DNA from: Bilabrum cf. latius
Lineage: Eukaryota
NCBI GenBank assembly: GCA_965178125.1
Contig: OZ237756.1
Location: 496,001-560,000, forward strand
DNA length: 64,000 nt
Direction of reading: 5' to 3'
Part shown: positions 33,691-47,300 of the stretch, in pieces
How positions within the stretch are numbered: the stretch's first letter is position 1
Layout: each line of letters opens with the position of its first letter
The notes under the pieces: generated by a model
What the model saw: only the letters and a program-made list of their open reading frames with translations
What the model was told of the DNA's origin: nothing
The model's database searches: none
Translations under genes and position numbers: made by a program

Positions 33691-33977
33691 GGCACGACTC
33701 ATGATTGTATCGCTGTTTTGTGTCAAGCCTCTGTGAGCCCAGCCTAGGCCCTAGCCAGGCAACCGGCCCACGAAACCGCGAGTGCATTTCGCGGACCTTT
33801 CGGAGAGAGGCGGCAGTGGGTACACCGGTGATCGGCGACGAAACCGGGCTGAGTCCCGTATTCACAACAACTTCACCACTTACACATATAATCATAGCAT
33901 ATCAAATCCCATCCGGCCTGGGGCCGCATTGGATCCTGCCCATTGCTCGGTCCCGTGCATGCCCCCATCTCTCTGCG

Positions 33978-34113
33978 GCGCAAGTCGGGCCTTGTTCCCT
34001 CCAGTATTCGCGCAAGTCAGGCCTTGTTCCCTCCAGTATTCGCGCAAGTCGGGCCTTGTTCCCTCCAGTATTCGCGCAAGTCAGGCCTTGTTCCATCCGG
34101 GCTTCGCGCAAGT
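33978..34113. repeat. 32-bp tandem repeat, about 4 copies
   Basis: GCGCAAGTCRGGCCTTGTTCCCTCCAGTATTC repeated head to tail with no spacers. Confidence 0.9.
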
Positions 34114-34297
34114 GTCCTCGAAAGCTCGCTTCATTGCACCCTGTACTGCACCATCGCAACTATGTCGAGCACTCTCATCTAGCATCTAGTCTAACATATT
34201 CGCGCACTCGTCATGCTCTGCAGGCACTGCTGCCTCCAGAAGAGACACCATCGGTCGGCTCCCATCCTCCAGACTTGCACTGACCGCATTCGTTCAT

Positions 34298-37200
34298 TCA
34301 CGCATCGCGCACGAACTCCTCCAGAACCACGGACATTTCCTGGAGACGTCCGAGCAGCTTCTCCCGCTCCTCTGCCCAACCTTGCCTGGCGCCCGCGGCA
34401 CCGTCCTCACGTGCCTCACGGACCTGCTCCGATCGGATTTCACCGGCCCGCCTCAACTCGTCCCGGAGCCCCTCGACCCTGCCCCGCAGAGTTGCGACCT
34501 CTTGCTCCAGAGCACTTGCTCGGTCCCGGGACTCTTCCAGCGCTCGTCTGCTCACTCCCGATTCTTGCCTGGCAGCGGCGGCCGACTGCTTGGCTGCTTC
34601 CACGGCCGCTTTCGCTTCTCGGCTCGCTTGCTCCGCTGCCTCCCTCAGCTGCTCCAGCCCGCGGACCGCCGCCCGCTGCTCCGATCGGATGGTCGCGTTC
34701 CGCTCTGACGCCTCACGGCACCGAGCGCGCTCCGAGTCCAGGTCTTGCTCCAGGGCTCTGATCCGATCCTCCTGCGATTTGATCCGATCCTGCAGCGCCG
34801 CCGACTGGGCTGCGTGCGACCCTGCCTCTGCCGCCTTGGTCGCAAGCTCCTCCCTCTCCTGCGCCCACCGCGCCTGTTCCCTGGCATACCTCGCCTCGGT
34901 CGATCGGAGCTGCTCCTTTGCGTGTCTGACGTCACTCTCAGAGGTGGCCAAAGTTGCTCGGCACCCTGCCAGCTCCTCCTAAAGTTCCGCAACGCGGCGC
35001 CGCAGCCTGCCAGCCTCTGCTGCAAAGGTGCCGGTGAGTCCGTCGGGGAACAAGGAGCTTTGATGCGCGGCGCCGGTTCCGCTACGCCTCTAGCCGTGCC
35101 CGCGTTCCTGCCCCGAATGCAGTTTTGTGGAGCGAGGTGGAGGTGCGGAGGCTGATAGGTCTGCGGCATGACTGGATCCAAAGAGAGCTGCGTCTCTCTC
35201 GTCGGCGACTGGGTGGGTAAACCGGCAAGAGGATCCAGATCCCCCTGGATCGCTCATCGTTTGCACAGCGCTGCTCTTGGATGCCTACCTCAGATCGCCC
35301 CGCATCGCCTCGAGCAGCTGCTCCGCTTGTTCCCTCCTGCCCCTCTCCGCCTCTGTCGCGCGCCCCGCTGCCCTCGTCCTCGCCTTCTAACGGTCCAGCT
35401 CCTCACTCGTCACACGGAGCTCCTCACTCGTCACACGGAGTTCCTCCCGGGCTGTCTTGAGCTGCTCCTTGAGCGCATCGGCTTCGTGCTCCGCTCTGCG
35501 GCGGGCACGTTCCGATTCCTGACGGGTTGCAGCCGCGGCCTCTGCTTCGTCCCTCAGCGCCTGGGACTCCTCGCGGGCGGCCTGCAGCCGGGCCTCCAGC
35601 GACTCGCAGTTGGTCGCAAATCGGGACTCCGTGGCGCGCGCGCTCTGCTCCGCAGCGGCTGCCTGCGACTCGGAATCGGAAAGCTACCTGCGAAGCGATT
35701 CTGCGACGTCCTCCGAAGCACTTGCTCGGCGCCTCTCCTGCTCGCACTCCCGGTTGGCCTGCTCTAGATCCGACTGGAGATGCTCGATGGTCCTCCGTGA
35801 GGCATCGTGCGCTCGATCGGAGCTCTCCTCGAACCGACTCCTGAGTCGCTCCGACTCCTCCCTGGCTTCCCGCGCAGCTGACTGCGCCGCAGATTCTGCC
35901 TCACGGGTCGATCGGAGCTAGGCGGCAGCCTCCCGCAACTGCTCCGTGCAATGCCTCACCCGCTGCTCCGATCGGATCGCGTCCTGCCGCAGCCTTTCCG
36001 TCTCCTCCCGCAAGTCCTCGTTCTCGGCTCGGAGCCCTTCGATGATGTTGGTGTGACGAGCGAGCAGACCCACGGCAGTGTGACGAGTGCCAGTGGATGC
36101 CCCATGGCGTGGGTGCGACCGCACACGTGGCGATACCCTTCCATCATCCAACTGCCTGCCAACATCGCGGTGAAGACGATCTGGAGCCTGGCCACGCCCA
36201 GCCCGGCTTGGCTGTGGCCATTGGCTGTCCTTGTCCGTGTCGCTGTGGACCCGTCTCCATGCATCACCCTCCTCCTCTTCGTCACCAGTGTTGTCCTTGG
36301 TATGCTGCTACACAGTGGTCTTCTCCTTTTTCTTATTCCTCCTCCTCCTCCTCTTCAGGTAGCTCCCCCACAGGTCATCGTTAAGAACCAGGGCCCGTCG
36401 GAACCCGCCGCCGCTGGCCTCGAGCGGGGCTCCCTGAAATTGCGCGGCGCCTGTGGTTCCGCTATAGCGTGATGGCGACTCACCGCTCAGTTCTGTCGTT
36501 TCCTGCTGCTTGCTCTCTTCGTTGTGTGACGAGTGCGACAGACGGCGGCTCCTGGGCGGCAGTGCCTCCTCCTCCTCCTCCTCCTCCACACTGGACGATC
36601 GCGATCGACGCCCGAAACCCCGGCCTGCTGCGTTTCCTATCCTGCTTGCAGCCGTGATGGCCCCGATCCCGATGCGCATGCCGCCCTGCCCCTCCTCCCG
36701 CCCGTGCTGCATTCCATGTCCCTGTCCCTGTCCCTGGGCCCGGGACGTGCTCCTGCTCCTGCTCCTGCTATTGCTATTGCTCCTGCTATTGCCGGTGTAC
36801 CCAGGCGATTGCCCATCGTCGGCCACGGGGCCGGTGGAGGAGCGAGACCAGGGCGAGCGCCTGTTCCGATTTTGGGAAGGGCGGTTTTGGGGAGCTTCAA
36901 AGGACTCGGAGCCGGAACTGCTGCCGGCGCGGGCGGCGCCGCGTGACTGGATCGGCCGCTCGTGGCGAGGCGGTGAGGTTCCGCTGCTGGCCATGCCCTC
37001 CGGCGCCGCGGCGAGCAGTCGTGCTGCCACGGGAAGCGGAACATCAGCTGCCATGGTCTCTGCGATTGAGGCATCGATCGGAGCGCGCTGCTCGCCGGCC
37101 AGGCGCATCAGCCGCTGCTGCCTGCGCCGTTGGAGGCCGGGTGAGCGGACCGACGAAGAAGCTCGCATTGCAGCGAGACTGCCACGATTAGAAGATGCTG

Positions 37201-37498
37201 ACGACTTGTGGGTAGCACCGTCATCGTCATCGCTGACCTCCGGGCTCATGCCACTGTCGGCAGCGGTGATGACAGCTGCTTGGCGCAAGAAACGAGCGGA
37301 GATTCCAGAGCTGCTCAGCATGGATGCACCGAGTCTTCGGGGGATGCCAACTGGCAAAGTGTCATCCAGACCACGTTGTATGCCAACGTGGTCGTCATCG
37401 ATGCTAGATTGAAGCCAGGATGAACTCTCATGACTACGTCCGGTTCGCATGGCCTTGCTCGCTTGCTGTCTGCGAAGCACGCGGTCGACCGCTGACAT
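34298..37498 (-). CDS. Large coiled-coil protein with low-complexity N-terminus
   Basis: Long E/R/A/Q heptad-rich frames joined by TAG read-through and probable introns. Ends at TGA 34298. Confidence 0.65.
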
Positions 37499-37891
37499 CT
37501 GCTAGCGTGCTAGTCTGCGTTTGCATGTAAGCAAGCAGTTATAGCACTTTGCGTTCCATTAATGCGAACACATCTTGGGTAGCGGTTTAAACGACCATTG
37601 ACTCGATGATACATTATCAGGTACTCATGGCAATAATGCTCACGTATTCTGCGCGCAATGCAGAGTTGAGGGATATAAGTATTCACGTTTACTGGCTCAG
37701 TTCGAATTTGATACTAAATGCGTACACAACTAGGCCTGACCCCACCATTCGTCGGCAGGCCAAGCAATCGTCATCATTCCAGCGGATGCAGACTGCAAGT
37801 GGTCCACCCAAGCGCGTGCGCCGCACCCTTGCCTAGTAGTGCCTACGTAATCATGCCACTATGCACCAAGCAAACATCTCAATGCCCACGC

Positions 37892-39359
37892 TCACACACC
37901 CCGCCGCTGGTGCGGCACGGTGGTCGATCCGAAACCGCGGAACCCGCCCCCAACTCCAACCGCACCGCCACTCCCCCCGCCTGCACCCAAACCGCCCGGC
38001 CCAGGCCTCTGCGGCTGCTACTGCTACTGCTATACACTCGGCCTGCCTCCAAGCCCAACCATCCCAGCCAGGCCCCCAGCCCCGACCCCGCCCCTAGCAC
38101 CCCCCATCCCACCCCCTCCGATACCTCCCCCCATCCCGGGACGCTTCGCCCCCACTCCACCGGTGGACTGGCCAAAGCCGCCGATCCCCATCCCCATCCC
38201 CGACCCAAACCCCCCGCCACCGCCACCGCTGCTTCCCCCGAACCTGGCCCCCGACCCGCCCTTGGTAGTGGGCAGCAGAGCGGACATGGGCCCGCCGGGC
38301 AGCTGCACAAAGTGCCGGACCAGGAGCAGCTGACCCACGGCAATGACGATCACAACGAGCACCTCGATCCCGGTGAGCCAACCCACCCTCCCGTTGTTGG
38401 TGTCGATCGTCTCCATGTGCCTCTGTTCCCTGTCCCTGTGCAGCATCTGCTTGGTGACCACCTTGCTGAGGCTCGCGTGGATCCTCTCCGTCATGCCCTT
38501 CATCTTGGAGACGTGCTCTGGCTCCTCCCCTCTCTTGACCCGGTTCAGCTCGTCCTGAGAGGAGGATGGTGACCCGGACAGCCGGCTGGACCGGATCGTG
38601 AGCTCGAAATCCACCACTTTCGCAGTCCAACGACTCATGGTGTTGTCGAAGCAGAACGAGTAGGTCCCGTCGCGATTCGCCGTGATGCTCGTTCCCTGCG
38701 TTGCGTACATATGTGACACGGCAAATACGGGCAGCTTTGTGTGCGTACAACTGGATGTAGGATTCGCAGGGCCTTCATTTGGGCTGTGGAATGCAACCGA
38801 AGCAGCTGAGCGTGCCCAAGAGGATACGCGCTCCGAAAGGAACATTGTAGCATAACATCGCGCAATACTGTATCGCACCTTCTTCAGCAAAGTTCCGACG
38901 ATAGCTCCGGTAGACTCGTCAATGTTGGAGAAGAGCAGCTTGTCGTACATGAGGCTACCGCTGGGATCTCCAACCTGCGCGCTCCGAAACAAGGCGTAGC
39001 GATCCAATCACCGGTGGATTATGCATAAACGCAGTGTATTTGCGTAAGGATCGCATCCTTACTTTCATTCGAATATCAAGCTTGCCGCCCCGAACCACAA
39101 CCATCCGCGGGTCGGCAGAGTCGCCCATTTTCAAGTCAAAATAGAGGCAGTCCTCGACTCTCGGCTCTACCTGCAATAGTATCCAATATGATTGGTTTGT
39201 GTGTTAGCAAGGCGCTGGGGCGAGTTGCAGAGATGGCTTGCAGTTGGCATCCGTTCGAAGCACCGCACTCCTTACCTAAAACTTTAACCTCTCAGCAATC
39301 TAGCCTGCCATGGCAGTTCCGAAAAGAACAAACATTGCACATAGCAACGGGATATACAT
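37892..39359 (-). CDS. p24/emp24 (GOLD domain) cargo receptor with extended Gly-rich tail
   Basis: Signal peptide, VEPRVEDCLY, GGKLDI, GTYSFCFDNTMSRWTAKVVDF, RDREQRHMETIDTNNGRV and a transmembrane helix. Several introns. Confidence 0.85.
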
Positions 39360-39558
39360 GATCACGATTGTAATAGGAAAGTTTGGCAGGAACGGTGAGA
39401 AATACAGAATTGTTGCCTCGGCGAAGTAGCGCGTTATTTTAGACAAGTTCGTCGAACTGCAACGGACGGGTACTTGAGCGAAATACTCGGATCTTGCCGG
39501 CTAGAGCATCGTCTGGTGAATTTAAAGTTGACATGGACTCCGTAGATCTGGTCCCGGG

Positions 39559-40560
39559 ATGCGTGGCGTGAGTGATCTACCAGGTTTTGGGCTTGGTGAT
39601 CCAGTTGCACACAATGGTGCGACCCATGTAGCGCTGTCCACCTGCCATTTTTATGCTGCTGTCCGCAGGGTCGATATCGAGGTGGATGAAGAGCAGTACG
39701 GCAGGGGGGAGCAGGCGAACTGCTGCCTTTGCGTATGCTAGTGCTCCTGCTTTCGACGATTGGTCTCGCTCAAGAAGCGGCGGTTCTTTGCACCCACAAC
39801 CGACCTGGACTTGACCTATATAACAAATAGAATCATTGCTGTTGGATTTCCCTCGGTGGGCTGCGAAGCTTGCTATCGCAATCCTGCATCCGCCATGTCT
39901 TCGTTTCTGCACGCCAGGCATCCAACTCGCTCGCTCGTTTTCAACCTCTGCCTGGAGGACAGCAGGGGATACGGACCCGATCGGCTGCCGAACCAGAAGA
40001 TCTGCAGAATTGGTTTCATCGATCATAACCCGCCTCGCCTGGAACAGTTCGAAGCGTTCCACTCCACAGCCGACACCTGGCTTCGAATGGACCCCCGACG
40101 GATCATTGCAGTGCACTGCAAGGCGGGCAAGGGCAGGACTGGAACGATGATCGTTGCGTACCTGGTGCACTGCGGTGCGTTTGCATCCAACGTGGACGAC
40201 TGCCTCCAGTACTACGGCTGGAGGAGGCACACCAAGGGGAGCGGGGTGACCATCCCCAGCCAGCAGCGGTTCGTGCGCTACAGTGCGATGCAGTCTGCCT
40301 GCATGCGGTGGTTCATGGCATTCAAAGCAAAGCAGCAATAGGCACAGGAAACTCAGGGTGCAGCGCACGATAGTGCAGCGCACGACAGCGCAATCGAGGA
40401 GATGGATGGTGAAATGCCAGGAGAGGTGCACCCCGTCACCATGCACGGTTCGCTGGGCGGGCGAAGGTTCTCTGCACCCCCTGGAAGGGTGGTCCGAAGC
40501 AAGTTGTCTCTTCTCGGTACAGGGACTCATGCCGGCACCGGGGCAGTGCCAGCGCTGCCG

Positions 40561-40601
<41 letters not shown>

Positions 40602-43600
40602 GGCTGCTGGGGGGGATCCGGTTGGGGGATAGGGATAGGGATAGGGTTCGGGTTTGGGTGTCATCACGGGGGGCGCTCTGGGCACAGGTGCATCGCACGG
40701 TGGTGCAGGGGCGTCGGTCCTGTAGTCCCCGGGGACCGTTGTGTCCGATGTGCCGGGGGCCAGCGCACTCGTCACACCCAGGCCATTGTTCTCCTCGGCC
40801 CCCTCTTCCGCCGGTGGAAATGGCACCAACCCATCCAGCGCCATCGGTGCTTCCGTGGTGGTGTTCCAGATAGGTTTCGCAGGGAACATGAGCGGCGCCG
40901 CGCGATCGCAAGGTGGGGTCCAGTAGATCTAGGTACACGCCAACTAGGCTCAGGTGGAGCATCCGTCCCTATCCCTGTCGGTGACTCCGCTCGTGAAAGG
41001 GAAGGGGCAAGGGTAGATGCAGGGGCAGGGGCAGAGGTTGTCTGACTCGATACACGACGATGACCATCCGGCCCATGAAGTGGATGCTCCAAGCATTCGA
41101 GAAGAAGAACAGGAACAGGAGCAGGGGCTAGTGACCGGTTCTGGTGATGGTGCTGGCGCCGGGGCCGGGGCCGGGGCCGGGGCTGGTGCTAGTTAGGACG
41201 AGGGTGTATTGGGCGACAAGAATGGTGCCACCACTAGCGGCGGACATGGCGAAGATCGTGAAGACGAGGACAAGGTGGTGCTGCTGGAGGCAGACTCTGA
41301 GGCCGAGGGCACCACGCCGTCCGGAATCAATAATCATCTCAGCCCCACGCACGACGGTGACGCCGACCCGCGCGACAGTGCGATGCACCTCGACCTGGTC
41401 ATGCCTTCACTCCCCGCGATGCCCCCCAGAACCCACCGGTGGATGCTGCCGCTCACTGGATCCAGGCACGGCATCGCCGCGGACCCCCACATGGTCGCAT
41501 CCTCCAAGGTGGAGGTACTCGGAATCGGAATCAGCGGGGCCCCGACGGCGTGCCGCAAGGCCGCCAAAGAGCAAGCTGGAAGCACCGACCCCGGCCCGAA
41601 GCTCATGGCTAGGTGCACGGACTGGTACGGCAGGGTGCATTTCGACTCTGGCAATCTGACGGGTGAGGAGGGGACTGCCTTGGAGGTTGCAACCGGTGAG
41701 CCGGCCGCTGTGGAGGATGGGGGCTGGCCCGGTGTGGTCTCACGGGCTTCTAGAGCATCTGCTAGCGGCGATCCCCCCAGCTAGCGGGCTGGGCATGGGT
41801 CATCATCTGGGTCAGCAGCGGCAAATGCTGGACTGGTGACCCGGCTAGCGAGCTGGGAAGGAGACACGGAAGGTGCACCGCATGGCAGTGCTAGTGATCA
41901 CCGAGATGGAGTAGGTGGTTCGGCTCCGAATGGTAGCGGGTGGGTGTCACTCCGTCCTCAGAGTGACCCCGAGATCGTGTCCAGAATGACTCCGAGAGCC
42001 CTCGCCAAAGCTGGCATCCTCACACCGGGCGGCCATGATATCGGAACCAAGACAGGCTCCGCGCCTACCGGCAGAGATATCGTTTCATTGGATTCCGGAC
42101 GATCCCTGCCAGCGGGATCGCTATCCGGAGTGAAAATTGGATCGCAGGGAAGGCCATCAGCCAGCAAGGTGCAGAAGATGCTTGGGATCGAACTTGCAAC
42201 CGGGGATAGGAGTAGTATGCTCCGACGGGAAAGTGCCAAGATCTCAGTGGGCGCTGGTGCTGTGAGTGTCGCTCACAGTGCAACAATTGATGCTGATGAA
42301 GATGGTGGTGCAGCCGGTGCAGGTGAGTGGTAGGGGCCAGGTGCTGCAAAGCAGGTGTCACCCGGGGGGGCACGGTTCTGGCAAGAAGAGGATAGCGGTC
42401 TAGACGAGGCAACCAGGGAACAAGGTCTATAGAACCTTCGCGAAGCCATCGTGAGGTCCCTGGGCGACGAGTGGAAGAGGGTGGTGGGGCATATCGAGGA
42501 TGGGGAGAGTGATGGTCTTTTTAGGGGCACGAGGGCGCGGGCCCTGCTTGCGGGAATCGACCCTGGGAGGCTCCGCGGCGCCTATCCCGGACTGGTGGCC
42601 TTGCGAAACATGTGCCAGAGCGGTCACAGCATCGCACAATCGGATGGAATGGAGACGAGGGTAGGACTGCCTCCGGGAATCGATCTCGCGTCTCGCGGCG
42701 TAGAACCGAGCGGCGTGTGGGGCGACGGTGTGGATCCTCTAGCGCTGCGGCAGAGAGGTGTGACGAGTGATGCAACCAGCGCATCGGTTCGAGTGGCCGG
42801 AGCGGGGCCCAACGGGGTGCAGGGTGCTGCAGCGAGTGCGAAGGATTGTGCCACGTGTGCGTCCCAGAGGCGAAGGGGACGGCGCGGCGACTACATCCCG
42901 CCTGGTTGCTCGATCGAGATGGCCACACTGGGCGGGTCGGGCACCGCAGGTGTGACGAGTGAAGGTACCGCCACCGCGGCTCCTCCCGAGTCCGCCGCCA
43001 GTGCAGCAGCTGCACCTGTAGTCAAAGAGAAGGCATAGATGGAGTCCGGCGCGATGCTCAAGTCGCTGATGGTGCCCCCGAGGGGGGACAAGCGATTCTC
43101 ATCTCCGCCCATGGGTAGGCCGCTAACTGCCAACGACGTCAGGATCGGATGGAGCGCAGAGGCTTCGGGTGGACTGGCCGTCCGCGGCGCGTTCCGGCTG
43201 GCGCTGTACTTTGGGCTGCAGCCGTCCAACGCGAAACGTCTGTGCCACTTGTGGCTGCATTCCGGGCTGCTTCCCTGGCCGGGGTGCGGTCGGGAGTTCG
43301 GTAGTTTATATTCCGAGTCGCATGCAAGGGCAGGGGCGGTGGAGGCGGTGCGGGGCCTGGCGGCGCGGGCCAGGGCGTGTTCCGATTCCGGATCGCTTGG
43401 GGAAGCTGCCGGGGTTGGTGGCATCGTGACTGCTGGGCTCACTCGTCACGGTGCGCTGCTTCCGTCGGATTTGCGCGGTACCAGCGTCCGCGTCACCGGA
43501 TGGAGGCAGGTCAAGCACGAGAGGATCGGGTGGTTTCACGCCACCAAGGAGGACATCGACGAAGCCTGCAAGGACCTGAAGAAAACCGAGAAATTTCCGG

Positions 43601-44169
43601 GAAGCTTCTCGGTGACGGTGCTGTACCGCGGTAGGGTACCGGTTGGGTGGGCTCCGGAGTTTACCGTTGAGTTTGGAAGGGCGCCCAGCGACACCAGGCT
43701 GGCTCAGACGGCTACTTGGGGGCTGGTGCGGCGGGGAGGCGGGGCCCAGGGAACAAAGCACCAGCAGGGAGCGACTGATGATGATGAGGGCAATGAAAGG
43801 TTGGGAGACTCCGGTGGTCCTGTTTCGGGCGCTGCGTTAGGGGAGTCGCCGCGTGGGGGTGCAGCGGGAGCGGGCAAGGCGACTGGTCCTGCCGAGGCTG
43901 GGTTAGCGGTGGCCGGTGGCCAGTCCACCGGTGGAGTCACTGGTCCACGGGTGCGGTACCGTACCGAGGAAGCAGTGTCCGGCAACCGTGTATCGAGTCC
44001 ATCATCTGGTGGTCAAACTGGCCGTGATGGTGACGCGGGTGACGTGGTGCTTGCGTCAGGGGTGGCAGCGGGTGAGACGGGTCACGCTCTCGAGTAGGGT
44101 GGGTCTGCAAGGGGCAGGGCGGATATGGAGGCAGACGGGCTCGGGGAACAACTTGATGATGACGAGTGA
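39559..44169 (+). CDS. PTEN-like phosphatase with long low-complexity insertions
   Basis: LVSLKKRRF, DLDLTYIT, YRNP, HCKAGKGRTG and GVTIPSQQRFV, with C2-like end IDEACKD..KFPGSFSV. A single frame runs through 10 or more TAGs to TGA 44169. Confidence 0.85.
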
Positions 44170-44367
44170 ACCTCGAGCGGCTTGCCGAAGAAGCGACATA
44201 CTAGATCTAGCGATTTGATTCTTTCCTTGCACACGCTCTCGGCTTGTTTCAACACTAACATGCGTCTACATTTGCAAAATCGGACACTGGTCGAAAAGAC
44301 GGCCGTGCTGCAATGCACTGCAAGCACTCTCCAGATCCACGGCGATCATCATGATTGGGCGCGCTCG

Positions 44368-47300
44368 TCACACCCCTCCACCAGTGTTGATGGGAGACCG
44401 CCGCGGCGTACCAGAGCCCTGGGGCGCACTGGTTCCGCTACTGGAGAGGGCCAGCCCGCCGCGGCGCCGCCCAACAGCGGAACCTCCCCTGGGCGTCCAA
44501 CCCGCCATGCCTTCGCCTTCGTCGCCATCCAGTGCGGCAGCATTCGCCATTCCATCCGTCTGGTTCCGCCGCAACCGGCGCCGCGGGATCGGTTCCGGGT
44601 CCGTGTCACCTGTCAAGTCGTGTTCCCTAGACCCAAAACCGGAATCGAAGCCCAGCTGCGACCCGCTGCCTCTTCCGCCCGGGGGTGTGCCGCCGGGCCG
44701 CAGCAGGCGGCTGCGACCACTCTCGGTTCCGCTACCGGCGCCGCGCACTTCAAATCCAGTCGCCAGCAGGGCACGCCCGGATTCGCGGAGTTTCTGCTCC
44801 GAGTCCGGCGACGGCATTTGCGCCGCGGTCCCGGATTGCGAGGCTTCTTGCGATCCACCTCCACGCTGGGCATGGTGCTGGTGCCTGCGGGGAAGCATGT
44901 ACTCGGAATCGGAATTTACCGACTCGATGGAGCCGGTTCGCCTGAATGCCTGCGCTTGCCCTGGCCCCCCTCCGCCTCTATGGTGGCCCCTGGCGCCTGC
45001 GGAGGCGCTTCCCGGTTCCGCATCCGAACGAGCGGCGCCGCGCATGCCTTTCCGACGACCGTGCGACGGCGGAGAATCTACCGTGCTACGCTAAGATGAT
45101 CGCGTGACGTCTTTATCTCCTTCTTGTTGCACCTGCTGCTTGGGGTGGTGCCACATCCTGTCGCGGCGTAGCGAGGACTAGCCGGAATCTATCCCAGGAT
45201 CGGCCCCGCTACGACCCAGTGTGCTGCCACCAGATGCCGATACTGGCGACTCGTCTGCCGGTGTCAGATTCGGCATGCTAAGTCCCAAACTGACACCCGC
45301 AGGGGCTTCCTCGCGACGATTGGCTCGGCTCCGACCAGACACACTCGTCACACCTGCTCCACCACCGCCCAAACCGGAAATGGAGGACGCCGTGGGAGAG
45401 AGGGAGAAAGATCCACTGGGCCCATCGGTCGACGTGCTGCGCATTTGACCACCGCGAGATTGACCATCTCCGCGGCCGATACCAAATCGATTGGATCCGG
45501 AGCCTCTCACCGACCCGCTCGTAGACCGACCTACACTCTCCGAACCCACCCCTCCCAGTCCCTGATTCTGCTGCTGCTGCAGGAGGTGCCGGCCCGCGCT
45601 GGCGAGAGCCGCCGAGTGCGCCGAGTCGTGGGATAGAGCCGTTGAACCCAGCGGAGAGTCACGAGTATTGGTCATTCGAGAGGACCCAGCCGCGGGCCAA
45701 CAGTCGCTCAGCTCCGTCTGAGGCGACAAACCGGAAGTGCTACCCGGCCCACGTCCACCGGTGGATCTAGCCCTGCCCCCGCTGCCCCCGCTGCTCGCAC
45801 GCACCACGAAGCCCTCGGAGGATGCGGCATGTGTTCCCTGGCTGCCGCCCCTTCGCACCGATGACCCACCTCGACCCACCGACACGGACCCGGGAGTGCG
45901 CGCGGCGCCGTCCATTTGCGGAACCTGCATGATGATCCTGCGCCCAGTGGCACCGACAGAAGCCTCGCTTCCCCTCTCTAGAGCATCCCAATCGCGGTCT
46001 ACTCTCGCACTCGTCACACCATCAATCGTCACACCATTCCTCCCAGCGGCTGCAGCCCCTAATCTGGCGCTGCTACCACTGGGGGCTCCGAACGCCTTGC
46101 CGTCCACCGCCATCTGCGCCTACGAAAGGACAGACGGGTGGCGCCTGAGTCCTGCGGAACCGGCGCCGCGCGATTGCCCCGGCGAGCTACTGGCGGGCAC
46201 GGCGGCGGGCACGCCGGTGGGCACACCGGATTCCACTGCAGGGCTGACCGGTGTCCCCATCAGGGAGCTGCGAAGGGACAAACCGGAACTGCCAGACCTC
46301 AGCCCCTGACCGATGGACGGCACGGTCGGCTGCTGTTTCTTGTTCTTCTGGAGCCGTTGGGTATGAGCCTGCGCGAGACGGGGGGATTGGGCGTGTGACA
46401 AGTGCGTGCCGGCCTGCGGGGAGTGGCCGTCGGAGTCACTCCGCCCCCTGCTCCTGTAAACTGACCCCAGCACGGTTGACCCGTCTGCTGCCCGGCTGCC
46501 GGACCCTCCAGACCCGCTGCGGAACGGACCGGCGCCGCGCAATCCGCGACCCACCACGTCGTCAAGGATTGCACCGCCAGCAGCAGCGGCTGTGCGGGCG
46601 GCAGATCCGGAATCAAAACTGGCATCACTTCGCATCCTCCTCGTACCCTGCGTGCCCTGCGCCAGCGGGCCGCCGCCTTTCCGGTGTGACGAGCGCTGCC
46701 CCTTTGTCGATCTGCTCGCAGCAGTTCCGGTCTTGCTTGCTCCACTCCACCCGTGGATTCTCCGTGGCCTCGCCAGCTCGGAGGGGGTCAGCGGCTCGTC
46801 CTCCTGCCGGCCGATGCCAGGGCTATTCCGGGCGCTGACTGGGCTGCTGCTTCCGCTAGTGCCTGCGGTGACGTCTATCCCACTCAGCAAGCCCGCGCGT
46901 GACGAGCTGGCGGTTCGCACCACACCGTAGGTCCCTCGGGAATCACTCGTCACACGGCCTCCAAGCGACTGGGGCGTCTGCACCGGGGACACCCTAGGCG
47001 CACCAGGGGAAGGGCGCGGTGCGCTTTGCTCGCCAGTGAGTCTATTTCCAACGTTTCCCTGGGTGCCTACTCCCTCTCCTGATCCTCCGTGCAGACCCGA
47101 CGGGTCAGCAACGAGTGCGTCTAAGAACGGCCGAGTCCCGGGTTCGAACCCGGGCTCCTTCCCGTCCCCGCTCCCAGTTCCGAACGGGGCACCACCCAGG
47201 GCACTGGTTGCAACTTCAACGTCCAGCGAGTCTTTACTGGAGATTCTCTGGGGCACTACCGAGTCACCCTCACCGGTTGCAACCGACAGTGGCGCTCGGC

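Noticed and set aside
33978-34113. CRISPR array
   Set aside because: The repeats are contiguous with no unique spacers, there are no cas genes, and the context is eukaryotic.
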